From positions 32,001-96,000 of IMG/VR virus record IMGVR_UViG_3300010354_000001: DNA of 64,000 nt, one strand, 5' to 3'. How positions within the stretch are numbered: the first letter of the stretch is position 1; each line of letters opens with the position of its first letter. Shown piece after piece: positions 31,255-42,320 of the stretch. The stretch comes from a virus. The position numbers were made by a program, and so were the translations under genes. The notes beneath the pieces are model-generated. The model was not told the origin of the DNA and did not search any database. It saw only the letters and a program-made list of their open reading frames with translations.

Positions 31255-31700
31255 TAGCTATACTCCTGATATATACAAGTCTTTCTTACTTCAGGCTTAG
31301 TAAGCATAGCTACTTCGGCAAGTCTTCTTCTAGTTAACCCTTCTTCTTGTCCTGAACCCTTCTTAACATGCTGCCTCATAAGCCTAGCTGCTACATCTTT
31401 CTTACCTTGAGCTGCTAGTTTAACCACATCTGCGCAGCCTCCTCGGCCCATGTTATAGCAGTAACTAACTAAAGAGTCATGTTCATGCTGCTTAACATTT
31501 TTAAATATTAATTTAACGTGTTGAGAGTCAAGCTCCATGTGACTCTTCATTCGTTTTTTAGCTTCTACCTCATCTATACATTCCCATCTACTTCTAGCTT
31601 TAGTGCCAAAGCCGTTAGACCATTGAGATCCATCAGGGTATGCACAGCTTACGAAGCCTTCAAAACCTATTACGAAAGTCATTAATGTTTCAGTTATCAT
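31254..31700 (-). CDS. GH24 lysozyme
   Basis: FEG..AYPD..WSNGFG, DSLVSYCYNMG, GLTRRRLAE. Confidence 0.8.
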   Translation of the reverse strand: MITETLMTFVIGFEGFVSCAYPDGSQWSNGFGTKARSRWECIDEVEAKKRMKSHMELDSQHVKLIFKNVKQHEHDSLVSYCYNMGRGGCADVVKLAAQGKKDVAARLMRQHVKKGSGQEEGLTRRRLAEVAMLTKPEVRKTCIYQEYS

Positions 31701-32197
31701 CTCATCGCCTCCTCGAATTTTTTTCTAAGCTTTTCTGGGTAGTTTTTGTGACACCATGCAAAGGCTTCGAATATTGATTCAAGTTTACTGCTTCTATTTG
31801 GATCTAGGTCGAGAATCATCCAAGTCCTTAGATCGTTTATGAGCCAAGTTGAGCCACTTAGATCAGGTAAGCACGCTTCAAGTGCAGCTTTGGGGATTAT
31901 TGGGATAAGTGGGGTATACTCATCCCCCATCTTGTAATTTTTAAGGTCGGCTAAAGCTTCCTCCAAATCAATGGTGTAGGTATTTAACAAATCTACCTCA
32001 TGGTGCGTCAGCATGTCAGTGAGTGTTGGGTTGACTAAATGTTCACCAAGTCTAAACCACTTTACAATTTTACCTTTGCTGGGATCACCGTTTGGAGGAT
32101 AAAAATTATGCTGCCATTCAGTACAAATTTCAGTAAAATCATATCCAAGCTCAAGTATTTTTTTAGACTCTTCGTAAGTACAGTTAAGTTCAATCAT
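31697..32197 (-). CDS. MIELN-family paralog 2
   Basis: Shared blocks with 16145-16630. Confidence 0.75.
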   Translation of the reverse strand: MIELNCTYEESKKILELGYDFTEICTEWQHNFYPPNGDPSKGKIVKWFRLGEHLVNPTLTDMLTHHEVDLLNTYTIDLEEALADLKNYKMGDEYTPLIPIIPKAALEACLPDLSGSTWLINDLRTWMILDLDPNRSSKLESIFEAFAWCHKNYPEKLRKKFEEAMR

Positions 32198-32739
32198 TTC
32201 ATCACCTCCTTGAATTTCTTTCTAAGCTCTTCTGGGTGGTGTTCATGACACCATATGAAGGCTTCGTAGGCTGAATCAAACTCTTCTAGTAGTAGAGATG
32301 TTACTAAATCCCCATCCCTGCACAGTCGATATTCTAGAGGGTTACGAGGGATATACCACGTCAAATCCCCGTGATAAGCATCTACGATATCAGGCAAGCA
32401 CGCTTCAAGTGCAGCTTTGGGGATTATTGGGACGAACCCCTCCTCATTTGGATTGCAGAACATTTCTCCCTGTACGAAATATTCGTTGTGTTTGTTATTA
32501 TAGAGAGAATCTTCATAGTCTATAGATTGCCTCTCTAACGTGAACTTCTCAACATCAGTATTGAAATACTCCTCTGGGACTCGCATATATTCCTGTGCTT
32601 TTACTTTATAGTATTCAACTAAAATGTATTTATCTGAGCAGTCTCTTTTCTTGTATACGTCTCCAAACTTTTTTCCGAAGTCATATCCTAAGTCTAATAT
32701 CTTTTTAGACTCTTCATAGCTACAGTTTAACTCTATCAT
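32194..32739 (-). CDS. MIELN-family paralog 3
   Basis: Shared blocks with 16145-16630. Confidence 0.75.
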   Translation of the reverse strand: MIELNCSYEESKKILDLGYDFGKKFGDVYKKRDCSDKYILVEYYKVKAQEYMRVPEEYFNTDVEKFTLERQSIDYEDSLYNNKHNEYFVQGEMFCNPNEEGFVPIIPKAALEACLPDIVDAYHGDLTWYIPRNPLEYRLCRDGDLVTSLLLEEFDSAYEAFIWCHEHHPEELRKKFKEVMK

Positions 32740-33681
32740 CTGCTTACTCCTACATATCTAATTCCAGTACGTGCTTGTTGAGGCTTGTACTCGAAAGGCT
32801 TATTTATGCTTGAATGAAAGTTCATACTGCTTGTTTGAGTAGCAGGGCCTTGCCTGTCAGTTCTTTGCATAGCTGTCAACTCATCCTCTAAATCGTTTAC
32901 CATCTTATTGGCATCTCTAAGAGCTTCTTTTGCCCTATCTACTGAATATGATATTTGTCTTCTGTATGCCCTTGCAGCATCTAGTTCTTGTTGTTTTAAA
33001 TATGTACTAGGTACATCTGCTGCTAGTGCAGTTTGTCCTGCTAGTATTAATGTTATTAGTATTAGTTTTTTCACTGATTCTCCTTTTGTTTTTCTATTAA
33101 AAATTTGGGGGAAAATTCCCCCTTCCTTGCGGAACGCCTCACGCACTACAGTGTGCATTAAAAACTTTTTTCTCAAATTTGCAGACTGAGTCGTATATCC
33201 TCGTCAGGTCTTTTTTTAAATTTGCTAGATTTAGATTCTCTTCCGAAGCTTTACTTAAAATAAATTCCTTGTAATTTTTTGTCACATAAATGTGTATGAG
33301 TAATTTAAGCATCTCTCTGCCAAAATCATGCTTGTATCTTCCAGTATGGTTAGAGTAGCCCTCGTTAGAAAAATCAAAATACTCTAATTTTATTTTTTTG
33401 ATTTGTTCTTTGATCTCATCTAAACTAATATCTGTCGGATTTGTAGAAGAATCACCACGAAGGAACTTAAATAACTCTTTTTTGAAAACATTAATTTTTT
33501 TAAAATTTTCTTTTTCGATTTTAGTTATATTAAGTTTTGTGTGGCGGATTAAGTCTAGTAGCCTCTCGTAGTCCTGAAGCTCGCTAATCTTTATCTTCTT
33601 TAATAGGCGATTAGAGTCCATAAAAGTAAAAGTCTTATTGCTTAAGCCTAATATATCCCTAAACATCTTTCTTTCGTCCAT
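32736..33681 (-). CDS. two hypothetical ORFs (signal-peptide protein ~32736-33074; 33139-33681)
   Basis: ORF track; likely GTG start KKLILITLILAG. Confidence 0.55.
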
Positions 33682-33839
33682 TTAACTTTTTCTCTCCACC
33701 CTTTCAATATACCACAAAAAATAAAACTCTAACATTAGAAAATGTTAATTTATGGACTTACACAAGTGGTTTTTCTTACAGTTGCTTTTTGTTCATGGTT
33801 TTGAACCATTTTTTTGTTACTCTCATTTAGACTTACCTT

Positions 33840-36008
33840 TTAAAATATTGATACCGATTGTAAAATTTGGCTCCAAACCTTCTCTACAAAATTACCTCCT
33901 TCTAAACCTTCAAACTGTTCTTGTGTGTAAGTCAGTAAGAAGCTTTTAGTTATTGGTAGATCGTTATACTTAGTTAATACTTCTTCTCTAGAAATCTTAT
34001 CCCAGTTGCCTTTTTTATATATCTCTCTAAGCACTCTAATGTCTTTATAGATGGGAAGTTTAACTTTTAGAAACTGACCTTCAGAATCTTCTAAGACGAA
34101 ACCTTCGTCTAGCGAGTCTTTGGATCTCTCTATTAGCTTAGTCAATTCTGTAACAGTATTAGCTGTAAATACTTTAGTCTTAGGCTTAACTCCTATTGCT
34201 TTTGCTATAGATTTTACTTTCTCATAAGGCTCCCTGATAAACTCTAAGGTGTTATGCACTATATCCAGTAATACTAGATGAGCTTTGTCGTACTTGACTA
34301 TATGTGGATCTCGCACTGGGTCTATAACCTCAAACACAAAAGTAGTATTGGTGTCTTTAACATACTTAGTTAAGAACTCTACATCTAAGGTAGCGTGCAA
34401 AATGTCTTTTAAGTATTCTGAAAAATCAGAACTAGGGGAAGTTTTAGAAGTTATAAATAATTTATCTTTTTCATGATCGTAACTAACTAAGCCTAAAAAA
34501 CCATTCTCTTTAGTAAATACTTGTACTGGGTAAGTTAAGCTAGTTAGTTCTAATCCACGCTCTCCTAGATTAAAGAACTTCTCGTATCCTCTGGCTACTA
34601 ATTTATTAGTTTTGTTGTTTATGAATAATCCTCTTGTTTTTATAGTTACTGAATCCCAAGATTTATCATAAAAGGCTTTTCTGGAAAAAGAATAAGAGTC
34701 TATATGATCGTATGTTTTCTTATTTATAAGTTTGCGATTTATATAGCTCTCTAAACTTTTTAGGAACTCTGGAATATTCTCCTCTTTGCTCATAGGTGCT
34801 TTTGGGTTGTGGTATTTGATTATCTCTTGCCTATTTACATCATAAACTGAAAGATATCCTCCATGCTCTACAGAAGACTCTAAGCATACTGCACCATAAT
34901 CAGTTATATAGCTATCATTACTCATGTTTCTGTGTCCGAATACTTGAGTAAAGCAAGTAAGTTCAGAACTGTGCCCATGGGGGTATAATTCCCTACCTAA
35001 ACGCATATTTATACCTTTAGGGGTATAGTTATAGCCTTTTACCCCAGTCCACAAGTGTGCTGAAGGTTTTAATACTATATCGTAGAAATTCTCTAGGTTC
35101 TGTTTCGTATCTACCCCAGCGTGAGTCACCAATATATTATTTCCCTCCTCTAACTGGACTACACAAGCATCGTATAGTTTCTTTAGGAAATCTCTTATAG
35201 ATTTTTTAGTTATCCCTGCTATTTTAGGTAGTGTTACGTTATTAAATGTACCTGATCTTGCTTTCTTGCCCATACAGTAGTCTCTTAGATGTAGTTCGTG
35301 ATTCCCCATTAATAGAGTTACGTTAGGCTTATCTGCTAATTCCATCATTCTGCGAAGCACGTAATTCTCATCATCGCCACGATCTAAGTAGTCTCCTACA
35401 AAAACGTAATGAGTACTATCATCAAATTCACTTAAAAGTTTTTCTAGAGGTTTTCTACATCCCTGTATGTCGCCTACTATTAAAACCTTAATACTGTGCC
35501 TTTCGTACCTTATGCAAGGAATAAACCTGTTGGTCAAAAAATATGTATACAGAGTTTCTTTTAGAGTTTCCCCCTTAATGTGGTTATGATTATTTACAGC
35601 CTCATACCTTTCTTTCTGCCTATTTACCACTGATTCAGGAACGCTGTGTATTCCTCTAGTGGTATTATCTACCAGTGGAGTATTCCCAAAATCTAATACT
35701 AGAGTGTCATATAAATAGTTATCAGCTAATTCTTTAAACGGCTTCATGTCACTTTCTTTAGTGAATGTTGCATCTAATATAATTAGCTGCCCTTCATGCA
35801 TTCTATATTCTACAGCTTCTTTAACTATAGCCCAGATAGATTTATCCATTCCCTGAGAGATAGTAGTTCTATCTAGTTCTACGTTATGTGTTACCCCTGC
35901 TACTGCATGTCTTATTTTATCAGGGCTTATTGTGTAGTCCTCATAGCCTTTAACGTAAGTGCTTTTACCTGTGCCTGAGACACCTCTTAAAAATATTAAT
36001 AGTCTCAT
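33840..36008 (-). CDS. polynucleotide kinase + metallophosphatase + RNA ligase fusion (Pnkp-like end-healing/sealing enzyme)
   Basis: P-loop GVSGTGKST; GDIQG, GDYLDRG, GNHE; RGYEKFFN, KENG, EGFV, KVK. Confidence 0.88.
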   Translation of the reverse strand: MRLLIFLRGVSGTGKSTYVKGYEDYTISPDKIRHAVAGVTHNVELDRTTISQGMDKSIWAIVKEAVEYRMHEGQLIILDATFTKESDMKPFKELADNYLYDTLVLDFGNTPLVDNTTRGIHSVPESVVNRQKERYEAVNNHNHIKGETLKETLYTYFLTNRFIPCIRYERHSIKVLIVGDIQGCRKPLEKLLSEFDDSTHYVFVGDYLDRGDDENYVLRRMMELADKPNVTLLMGNHELHLRDYCMGKKARSGTFNNVTLPKIAGITKKSIRDFLKKLYDACVVQLEEGNNILVTHAGVDTKQNLENFYDIVLKPSAHLWTGVKGYNYTPKGINMRLGRELYPHGHSSELTCFTQVFGHRNMSNDSYITDYGAVCLESSVEHGGYLSVYDVNRQEIIKYHNPKAPMSKEENIPEFLKSLESYINRKLINKKTYDHIDSYSFSRKAFYDKSWDSVTIKTRGLFINNKTNKLVARGYEKFFNLGERGLELTSLTYPVQVFTKENGFLGLVSYDHEKDKLFITSKTSPSSDFSEYLKDILHATLDVEFLTKYVKDTNTTFVFEVIDPVRDPHIVKYDKAHLVLLDIVHNTLEFIREPYEKVKSIAKAIGVKPKTKVFTANTVTELTKLIERSKDSLDEGFVLEDSEGQFLKVKLPIYKDIRVLREIYKKGNWDKISREEVLTKYNDLPITKSFLLTYTQEQFEGLEGGNFVEKVWSQILQSVSIF

Positions 36009-36266
36009 TTTGTTTCCTTTTACGAATTTACTTCACCTAAAGCTACTGAGTAATCATCAATAACCCAGAAGATTGTTTCTGGTTGCTGTCTCAATAACTC
36101 TAAAGATCTTATCACACTTTGTGGGTTTGTAGTTTTTATAATATGCTTAACGTGCACTGCATCCTTATCTGTAGGTTGTTCTACTGTGAAGTTTTCAAAC
36201 TCTTTAAGCTCTTGTAAATCTATCATTGTTTTTGGTTTTCCTTTCCTACATAATAATCTACCACGG

Positions 36267-37109
36267 TTAAGAAACCTTTATATTAAGTTTTTTTAATTTA
36301 TAATCTTGATTCTGCCATGGGTATCCTCTAGGATTACAGACACAAGTTAAATTTTTACCTGCTATAGGCTTGTAAGTTTTTGCACTGTGTGTATGTCCGT
36401 AAACCCAGTACTGTGCAGTAGTGCCTTTAAGTAACTCTTCTCCATCAAAATTATAGAAAGATGTAGTTACCTCATCCCTAAACTCTTTATCTTGGTGTTT
36501 TCTTTTATTACTAGGATTTATATGACTTACCATAATATCTGCTAGCTTATGCACTTGCTCTAGCTTCCTATATTCTTGTTCTGTTAGCTGATCGAATACT
36601 TTCAAGCTGGTGTATGTAGGTTCGTTCATGGTTCGCATCCAGATATCCTGTATACTCTCGTAGGTAATTAGCTGCTCAGATATATAAGATCCGTCATACC
36701 ATCCCATGGCTCCTGCGATTACAGCATCGTCTATCAGCACATAACTGCCGTCAAGTAGATAAACTCCGTCTATCCCTTTTATGCTTTTAGCTAAATCTTT
36801 TACCCTATCCCAAGAACTCACATGGGTAGGTGAGTATATAGTCCATAGATCATGATTCCCTGTAACTACACATATAGTCTCATAAATTTCTTCTCTGAGC
36901 CATTTTAAACAGTTTATAATTTGATAGTTGTGATGTCCTAAATCTCCTGCAACAATTAAATTTTTAGATTTAGGTTGCCAAGATCTAAATAGCTCCAGAA
37001 AAGTTTCTTTATTGTCAATATCTACTCTGTCTAGATTATATCTAGGAAAATTATGATCGAAAAAATCTAAATGTATGTCTGAGCATAAATCGAAACTGAC
37101 TGTCTTCAT
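36267..37109 (-). CDS. calcineurin-like metallophosphoesterase
   Basis: SDIH, AGD, GNHD, GHTH, NPRGY. Confidence 0.88.
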   Translation of the reverse strand: MKTVSFDLCSDIHLDFFDHNFPRYNLDRVDIDNKETFLELFRSWQPKSKNLIVAGDLGHHNYQIINCLKWLREEIYETICVVTGNHDLWTIYSPTHVSSWDRVKDLAKSIKGIDGVYLLDGSYVLIDDAVIAGAMGWYDGSYISEQLITYESIQDIWMRTMNEPTYTSLKVFDQLTEQEYRKLEQVHKLADIMVSHINPSNKRKHQDKEFRDEVTTSFYNFDGEELLKGTTAQYWVYGHTHSAKTYKPIAGKNLTCVCNPRGYPWQNQDYKLKKLNIKVS

Positions 37110-37138
37110 GTCGTTAATTATAGCATAAAAAGTACAAT

Positions 37139-37624
37139 TTGAGTATGAGATTATCGCCTAAAGGAATTAAATTACTGCATGATAGGGAAGGTTGCGTTTT
37201 GACAGCTTATAAAGATACTGTAGGTGTCTGGACTATTGGGTACGGTATGACTTTCTATCCTAACAAAACTAGAGTTAAGCAAGGGGATAAATTAACACAG
37301 AAACAAGCAGATGATATGTTTGCCTATGTTCTAGAAAATGATTTTGAGAAACCTATAGAAAAGCTTCTAGTGGGTGTTACTTTAAACCAAGATCAGTATG
37401 ATGCTTTGGTTAGTTTTGCGTTTAATGTAGGAGTTTCTGCACTATCTACATCTACATTGTTGAGAAATCTAAAAGCTGGGAAAATAAAAGATGCTAATAA
37501 GCAGTTTGCTAGATGGGTGTTTCCTGTTGAGATAACTTCTCGTAGAAAAGCAGAATCTAGGCAGTTTGCTGGAATTGAATTTTCCGACAAGGCTGACCTA
37601 GACCCTTTGGTTGGTTGGTTATAA
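37139..37624 (+). CDS. GH24 lysozyme/endolysin
   Basis: REG...AYKDTVGVWTIGYG, DALVSFAFNVG, RRKAE. Confidence 0.92.
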   Translation: MSMRLSPKGIKLLHDREGCVLTAYKDTVGVWTIGYGMTFYPNKTRVKQGDKLTQKQADDMFAYVLENDFEKPIEKLLVGVTLNQDQYDALVSFAFNVGVSALSTSTLLRNLKAGKIKDANKQFARWVFPVEITSRRKAESRQFAGIEFSDKADLDPLVGWL

Positions 37625-37626
37625 AC

Positions 37627-38384
37627 TTACTCTTTAATCATTACGTTATAAAATAACGCTGAAGCTGTTGCCAGTGTGATTATTACGTATGGGAACCCTG
37701 GCATAGTCAGGGTTTCTCCGCCTGTACTCGCAGTGCTTATAGCAGATACCACTATAGATATTACGGCAGCTAAAGATAACAACACTAAAACTAGAGAGAC
37801 TGGGTTTTCGTAAGCTCTATTAATCCACTCGATTCCAGCATCTTCCGCTAAAGAGTATTTATATTTTTCTAAGCTTTCAATAAACTCCTCGTCTTCCGTA
37901 TTTTTAACTTCTTTAGCTAATCTAGATATCGTAGAAAGGCTCAAGCCTGTAGTTTCACTGATCTCTTTTCTAGATACTCCTGCAAGTAACAGAACCCTAG
38001 CTGACTCTCTTGCTTCTGGAGTTATTACTGCTCTCTTCTTAGTTACTTTAGTAGCTTTGGCTACTGGTTTTTTCTTTTGTACCATTTTTCTTCTCCTTGT
38101 ATCGTTATTTTGGTATATTTTCTTATGAGTTCTTTCAGATCTGCTCTAAATTCACTTATTAATATCTTAGCATCTTTTCCAGTTATTTTGCTTATTTTTA
38201 CTAAATGATCTTTACAGCAACAAACTAGTATAGAGTACCCATACTCTACAGCCTTTGCACTCAGCCCATACTCATACCTAAAGTCAAATACTTGGATTAG
38301 GGATTTAAACATGCGATCTAAAGAATATAGAACTAACTCTATATTTTCTGCTTGCATTTTCCACTTAATTCTAGGTCTTGCCAC
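37627..38384 (-). CDS. HTH + two-TM protein (37627-38085) and hypothetical protein (38061-38384)
   Basis: GVSRKEISETTGLSLSTISR HTH; hydrophobic C-terminus. Confidence 0.6.
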
Positions 38385-38534
38385 TGCTCTTTAAACTCTC
38401 AAGTATAGAATAAAACTCATCCATAGCTTCTTTATTACCGCTAGGTATAGCTAGCCCACAAAGTAATAATAACATTCTTAATATAGCTCTTTGGGTTTCT
38501 GCTAAACTATCTAACTTCTCTTCTAGATCTCTGT

Positions 38535-39128
38535 TCACGATTTCAACCCTACAACAAATTGAACTGCTGTGTTTAATGTTTCTAAATCTCCGCTATTATG
38601 AATAGTATAGCTGATTAAACTTCTTCTCTGTACCCACTCAATCTCAGAAATATGCACTCCTTCTGGCTTAGTCCCCCAAACAATTAGATCATTAAGCCAT
38701 TGAGGATCGTTTCTGGATACTCGCACTAAAGTCACCCCTGCTTTATAGAGAGCTTCCATCTCATTCACAAACCTTACATCTGTAATAACTACATTCTCTT
38801 CATCTTTAATCCTAGCAAGTAAAGATTCTACCCAAATATCTTCATGGTAATGCTGTCTTACTACCTCTGTACCAAATACCTGAAGCTCATTCCTTGGGAT
38901 TATATCTATCCCTAGCCTTTCTGACCAGTAGGAGTCTTTTGTTTCCCTAAATACTCTAGACTCTTCTGTGTCTCCTTCTAGTAGAGCTCTATCCCAGCCA
39001 TATATGGCAGATAAAGTATCTTTTAAAGGTTCTGCAAATGAGTGCTTTTTATACCCTAAAGACTTCTCTAATATGTCTCCTACAGTATTTTTACCACTGC
39101 CTATTAATCCTATTAATCCTATTTTCAT
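38535..39128 (-). CDS. deoxynucleoside monophosphate kinase
   Basis: GLIGSGKNT, SFAEPLK, LQVFGTE, ITDVRF.NE, HISE. Confidence 0.9.
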   Translation of the reverse strand: MKIGLIGLIGSGKNTVGDILEKSLGYKKHSFAEPLKDTLSAIYGWDRALLEGDTEESRVFRETKDSYWSERLGIDIIPRNELQVFGTEVVRQHYHEDIWVESLLARIKDEENVVITDVRFVNEMEALYKAGVTLVRVSRNDPQWLNDLIVWGTKPEGVHISEIEWVQRRSLISYTIHNSGDLETLNTAVQFVVGLKS

Positions 39129-39137
39129 AATCCCTCC

Positions 39138-39982
39138 TCAATCGTGTGATGTAGTTACTACTGATAAAACTGCTGATAAAATACCTATTAAAGGAACTGT
39201 GTAGTTATCCTCTGGAGGTCTGTGCATTATGGATAGAAACATAAATGTTCCAGTGCAACCTAGCAGGAACGATTGCATAGCTTGTAATATTATTTTTTCT
39301 TGTCTTTTATGATTCTTGTTAGTCATTATCTGAAAGTCCTATAGCTTTTTTAGCTTTCTCAATCCTAGCATTTAAATCTAAACCTTCAAACGCATCTATT
39401 TCTTTTTTCAATTTTCTTGCAGATTCTTTAGTGAGCTCAAACTTGAAATAGTGGCTCTTTGGATCTAAAGGTATAGGAGTGGTGTATATCTCTAAAGTTA
39501 TTTTCTTACGCTCCATGTTAGCAGATTCGTGATTTAATATATCGGTAGTCTCTAAAAAAAACGTCTTTCTGCTAGAGTGAAAATCCACACTTACGATTTT
39601 GCCGCTAGAAGAACATTCTAGGGTATGTAGACCCCATCCACGATACTGCCTCAAAAAATTAAAGTTAACCTTCTTGGTTTCTCTCTTCTTAAATAATTTA
39701 AACATTTTCATTTTCCTTTTTAGCTTCTATTTCTTTTTCTTTCTCTTTTTCATTCTGTGCATTTAGTTCTAAGTAGGTGATATCGTCCTTTAAAACGCCT
39801 ATAGAATAGTTTATGGCTTGTTCTAACCTACATATAGAATCCATATCTGGGATAGCCTTAAGCATACTATCTATGCTACCTGAAGAGTTTTTCAGAGTCT
39901 TTACTAATCTAGTTTTTACTTCTGCTTTCATTAATAAGAGCCTATCTATTGCTTTATCATGTTCCGCGTATAAATCTTCCAT
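39138..39982 (-). CDS. three small hypothetical ORFs
   Basis: ORF track. Confidence 0.55.
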
Positions 39983-40025
39983 ATTTTCCTCCTAAATAAA
40001 AAGTCTAAATGTCCTGTCACTGCTG

Positions 40026-41639
40026 TCACCCTGTCACCCTCCATGTACCATCGACTAGGGTGATTAACTGTAACGGGCCTACTGATTTCTTTTCTCCTTT
40101 GTACTGAACTGCTAATGTTTGAGTCCAGCTACTTGGGCCTTTATTATACCCCATTCTGAGCTTACTCATAGTACCAACCATTGCAGTATTTCTAAGCCTT
40201 CCCATACTGTGGGTATGTCCTATTATAGCAGCTCCGTGACACTCTTCAAAATTTCTTAAATTTCCCCTAGATCCATTAGACCCCATATCCCCGTGACTTG
40301 CAAACTGCCTGCCACTTAAAATAAAGTCCTCATCTCTACTTAAAAATCTTACGTTACTAACTTTCTTACTCTGTAAAATGCTATTACAGTATTTTTCTAA
40401 TGGGTTGTATCCGTCTAGCATATCTAGACTTAACTCAAGTCCTGCCCTATAGTTTAAAGGGTCGTAAATAAAAGCACCAGATTTAAGATACCTATCAAGC
40501 CACTCATCGTGGTTAGACCGTACTACTAAAACATTCTTAGCTAGCTTAGAAATTCCTACTAACTCTGAAGCTACTGAGCCTATATCGTCATAAATCTTAC
40601 TCTTCTCAGGTTCTTTGGTATATTTATTTGCTTTGTGTATTAAGTCCTTAGATTCGTGATGATTAACTGCTGCCCCATCATATAAATCATGCAAGAATAA
40701 ATAATCAGGCTTTAACAGCTCACACACTTCCTTACCCATAGCAAAAGCTTTCGGACAGGTATTACCAATGTGCATGTCCCCAAATACCACTGCTTCTGCA
40801 TTAACTTGCATTTTAGTCTTTTCTGGAGTATACTTAGTACCCAAATCTATGAAACTGCCATCCTTATAAGCTTCTATGTGTCTAAAATGAAACTTATCTA
40901 CAGTCTCGGTTTCTACCACTATAGCTGCCATGACATGATCTGTCTCTGCTAAGTATCCAGTACGCTCTGACATATACATTTCGGTGTTATAATCTGGTTT
41001 GGTTATGGCTCCAGAAGTCATACATACTTTAGGATATTTGTTGTTGCCCCCTGGAATAGAGTCTAGAATTAACTTAGTTCCTGCTGAAATAAAAGATTTA
41101 CTTTTCCCTGCGATTCTCTTAAGTCCTGTGAGTGGATTAATTTGTTTAGCAGAAGTTTTAATGTTACATAGGAATAAATTATTATTTAAGTAAGTTTCAG
41201 TTGGTACTATGTATTCCTGTAGTCTTTTATCTATGTGCCCTAAGCTAGACCAGTCAGAGTTTCTTTTAGCTGGATCTGCACAAGTTAGTATTATCAACCT
41301 AGCTTTATTTACTTCACAATAGTATTTAATAGCTTCTAAGAAACCTTCATGCACCATGCAGCCCATTACTGCGGTTGTTACTACATAGCGGTTGTACTGT
41401 TTTATTTCCTTGTTTATCTTTGCAGTATTTGTAGTTCTTAAGGCATCTTCTATAGCTACGTCATGGAAATACTCTGGGTTGAGCTTTCTTACCTGTGCGT
41501 GCAAGTCATGTAGGTTTACAAACTTCTCCCTAAGCATTGCCCTAGTGACTCCTAATTCTTTTAGGGTTTCTAGTGTTGGTGCTTTATGATTTTTCTTGTA
41601 AAACTTTAAATAAACTGAAATTATTTCATTCTTCGTCAT
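40026..41639 (-). CDS. large phage protein with C-terminal metallophosphoesterase domain
   Basis: GDMH, HDLYDG, SNHD, HGD, GHTH. Confidence 0.75.
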   Translation of the reverse strand: MTKNEIISVYLKFYKKNHKAPTLETLKELGVTRAMLREKFVNLHDLHAQVRKLNPEYFHDVAIEDALRTTNTAKINKEIKQYNRYVVTTAVMGCMVHEGFLEAIKYYCEVNKARLIILTCADPAKRNSDWSSLGHIDKRLQEYIVPTETYLNNNLFLCNIKTSAKQINPLTGLKRIAGKSKSFISAGTKLILDSIPGGNNKYPKVCMTSGAITKPDYNTEMYMSERTGYLAETDHVMAAIVVETETVDKFHFRHIEAYKDGSFIDLGTKYTPEKTKMQVNAEAVVFGDMHIGNTCPKAFAMGKEVCELLKPDYLFLHDLYDGAAVNHHESKDLIHKANKYTKEPEKSKIYDDIGSVASELVGISKLAKNVLVVRSNHDEWLDRYLKSGAFIYDPLNYRAGLELSLDMLDGYNPLEKYCNSILQSKKVSNVRFLSRDEDFILSGRQFASHGDMGSNGSRGNLRNFEECHGAAIIGHTHSMGRLRNTAMVGTMSKLRMGYNKGPSSWTQTLAVQYKGEKKSVGPLQLITLVDGTWRVTG

Positions 41640-42303
41640 GCACTAATTCTAGCATAACATCAACAAAAAGTTTGATATGTTCCTTGGTAAGTTCAGCTAA
41701 TTCTTTATTAGTTAAAAGCTTCATCAAGCATACTATCTCGGTTCCTATATCAGTAGATACTATGTCGTTTTGACTTTGAGTAAACTCTCTAAACTCTTTT
41801 TCGATAAACTTTTCGTTATTACTTTTGTTAGGGTTAGCCTCTGCAAATAGTACTCGGTTGCATGTCGCCCCTTGATTAACATAGTTTACTGATCCTGCTG
41901 AGTCTTTGTACTTGTAATACTGATACCCCTCAAATATTACCTGCGGAGGTAATAACTCCCATATTATCGGATCTATAGAAATATATTTCCCTTGAAAGGC
42001 AGGAGGTTCCCCAGCTACCAATACATTTTGGTCGTGCACTTCGTCATAGCTGAGACCTTTTGCGTAATGCTCTATGTCTAACTCTTCTACTATATACTGC
42101 TCATCGGTCTCGATGTTAGGAGTAGCGTACGCCATAGCTTTTAGTGGCTCTTTGCTGATACTTTCATGTACTATCAAATCCCCGATTATCTTGCAGTGGA
42201 ACGGGTATAGCGATGAGTTGATATCTACTACTTTATAGAATAATTCATCACCTAAGTGCTTCCTAATTTCTTCGTTTGCTGCGTAGCTGATATCGGTATA
42301 CAT
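41626..42303 (-). CDS. hypothetical protein
   Basis: 225-aa ORF. Confidence 0.6.
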   Translation of the reverse strand: MYTDISYAANEEIRKHLGDELFYKVVDINSSLYPFHCKIIGDLIVHESISKEPLKAMAYATPNIETDEQYIVEELDIEHYAKGLSYDEVHDQNVLVAGEPPAFQGKYISIDPIIWELLPPQVIFEGYQYYKYKDSAGSVNYVNQGATCNRVLFAEANPNKSNNEKFIEKEFREFTQSQNDIVSTDIGTEIVCLMKLLTNKELAELTKEHIKLFVDVMLELVHDEE

Positions 42304-42320
42304 CTGCCTTAATTATACCA

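Noticed and set aside
16145-32739. Diversity-generating retroelement behind the MIELN paralogs
   Set aside because: No reverse transcriptase or adenine-specific TR/VR pair in the window
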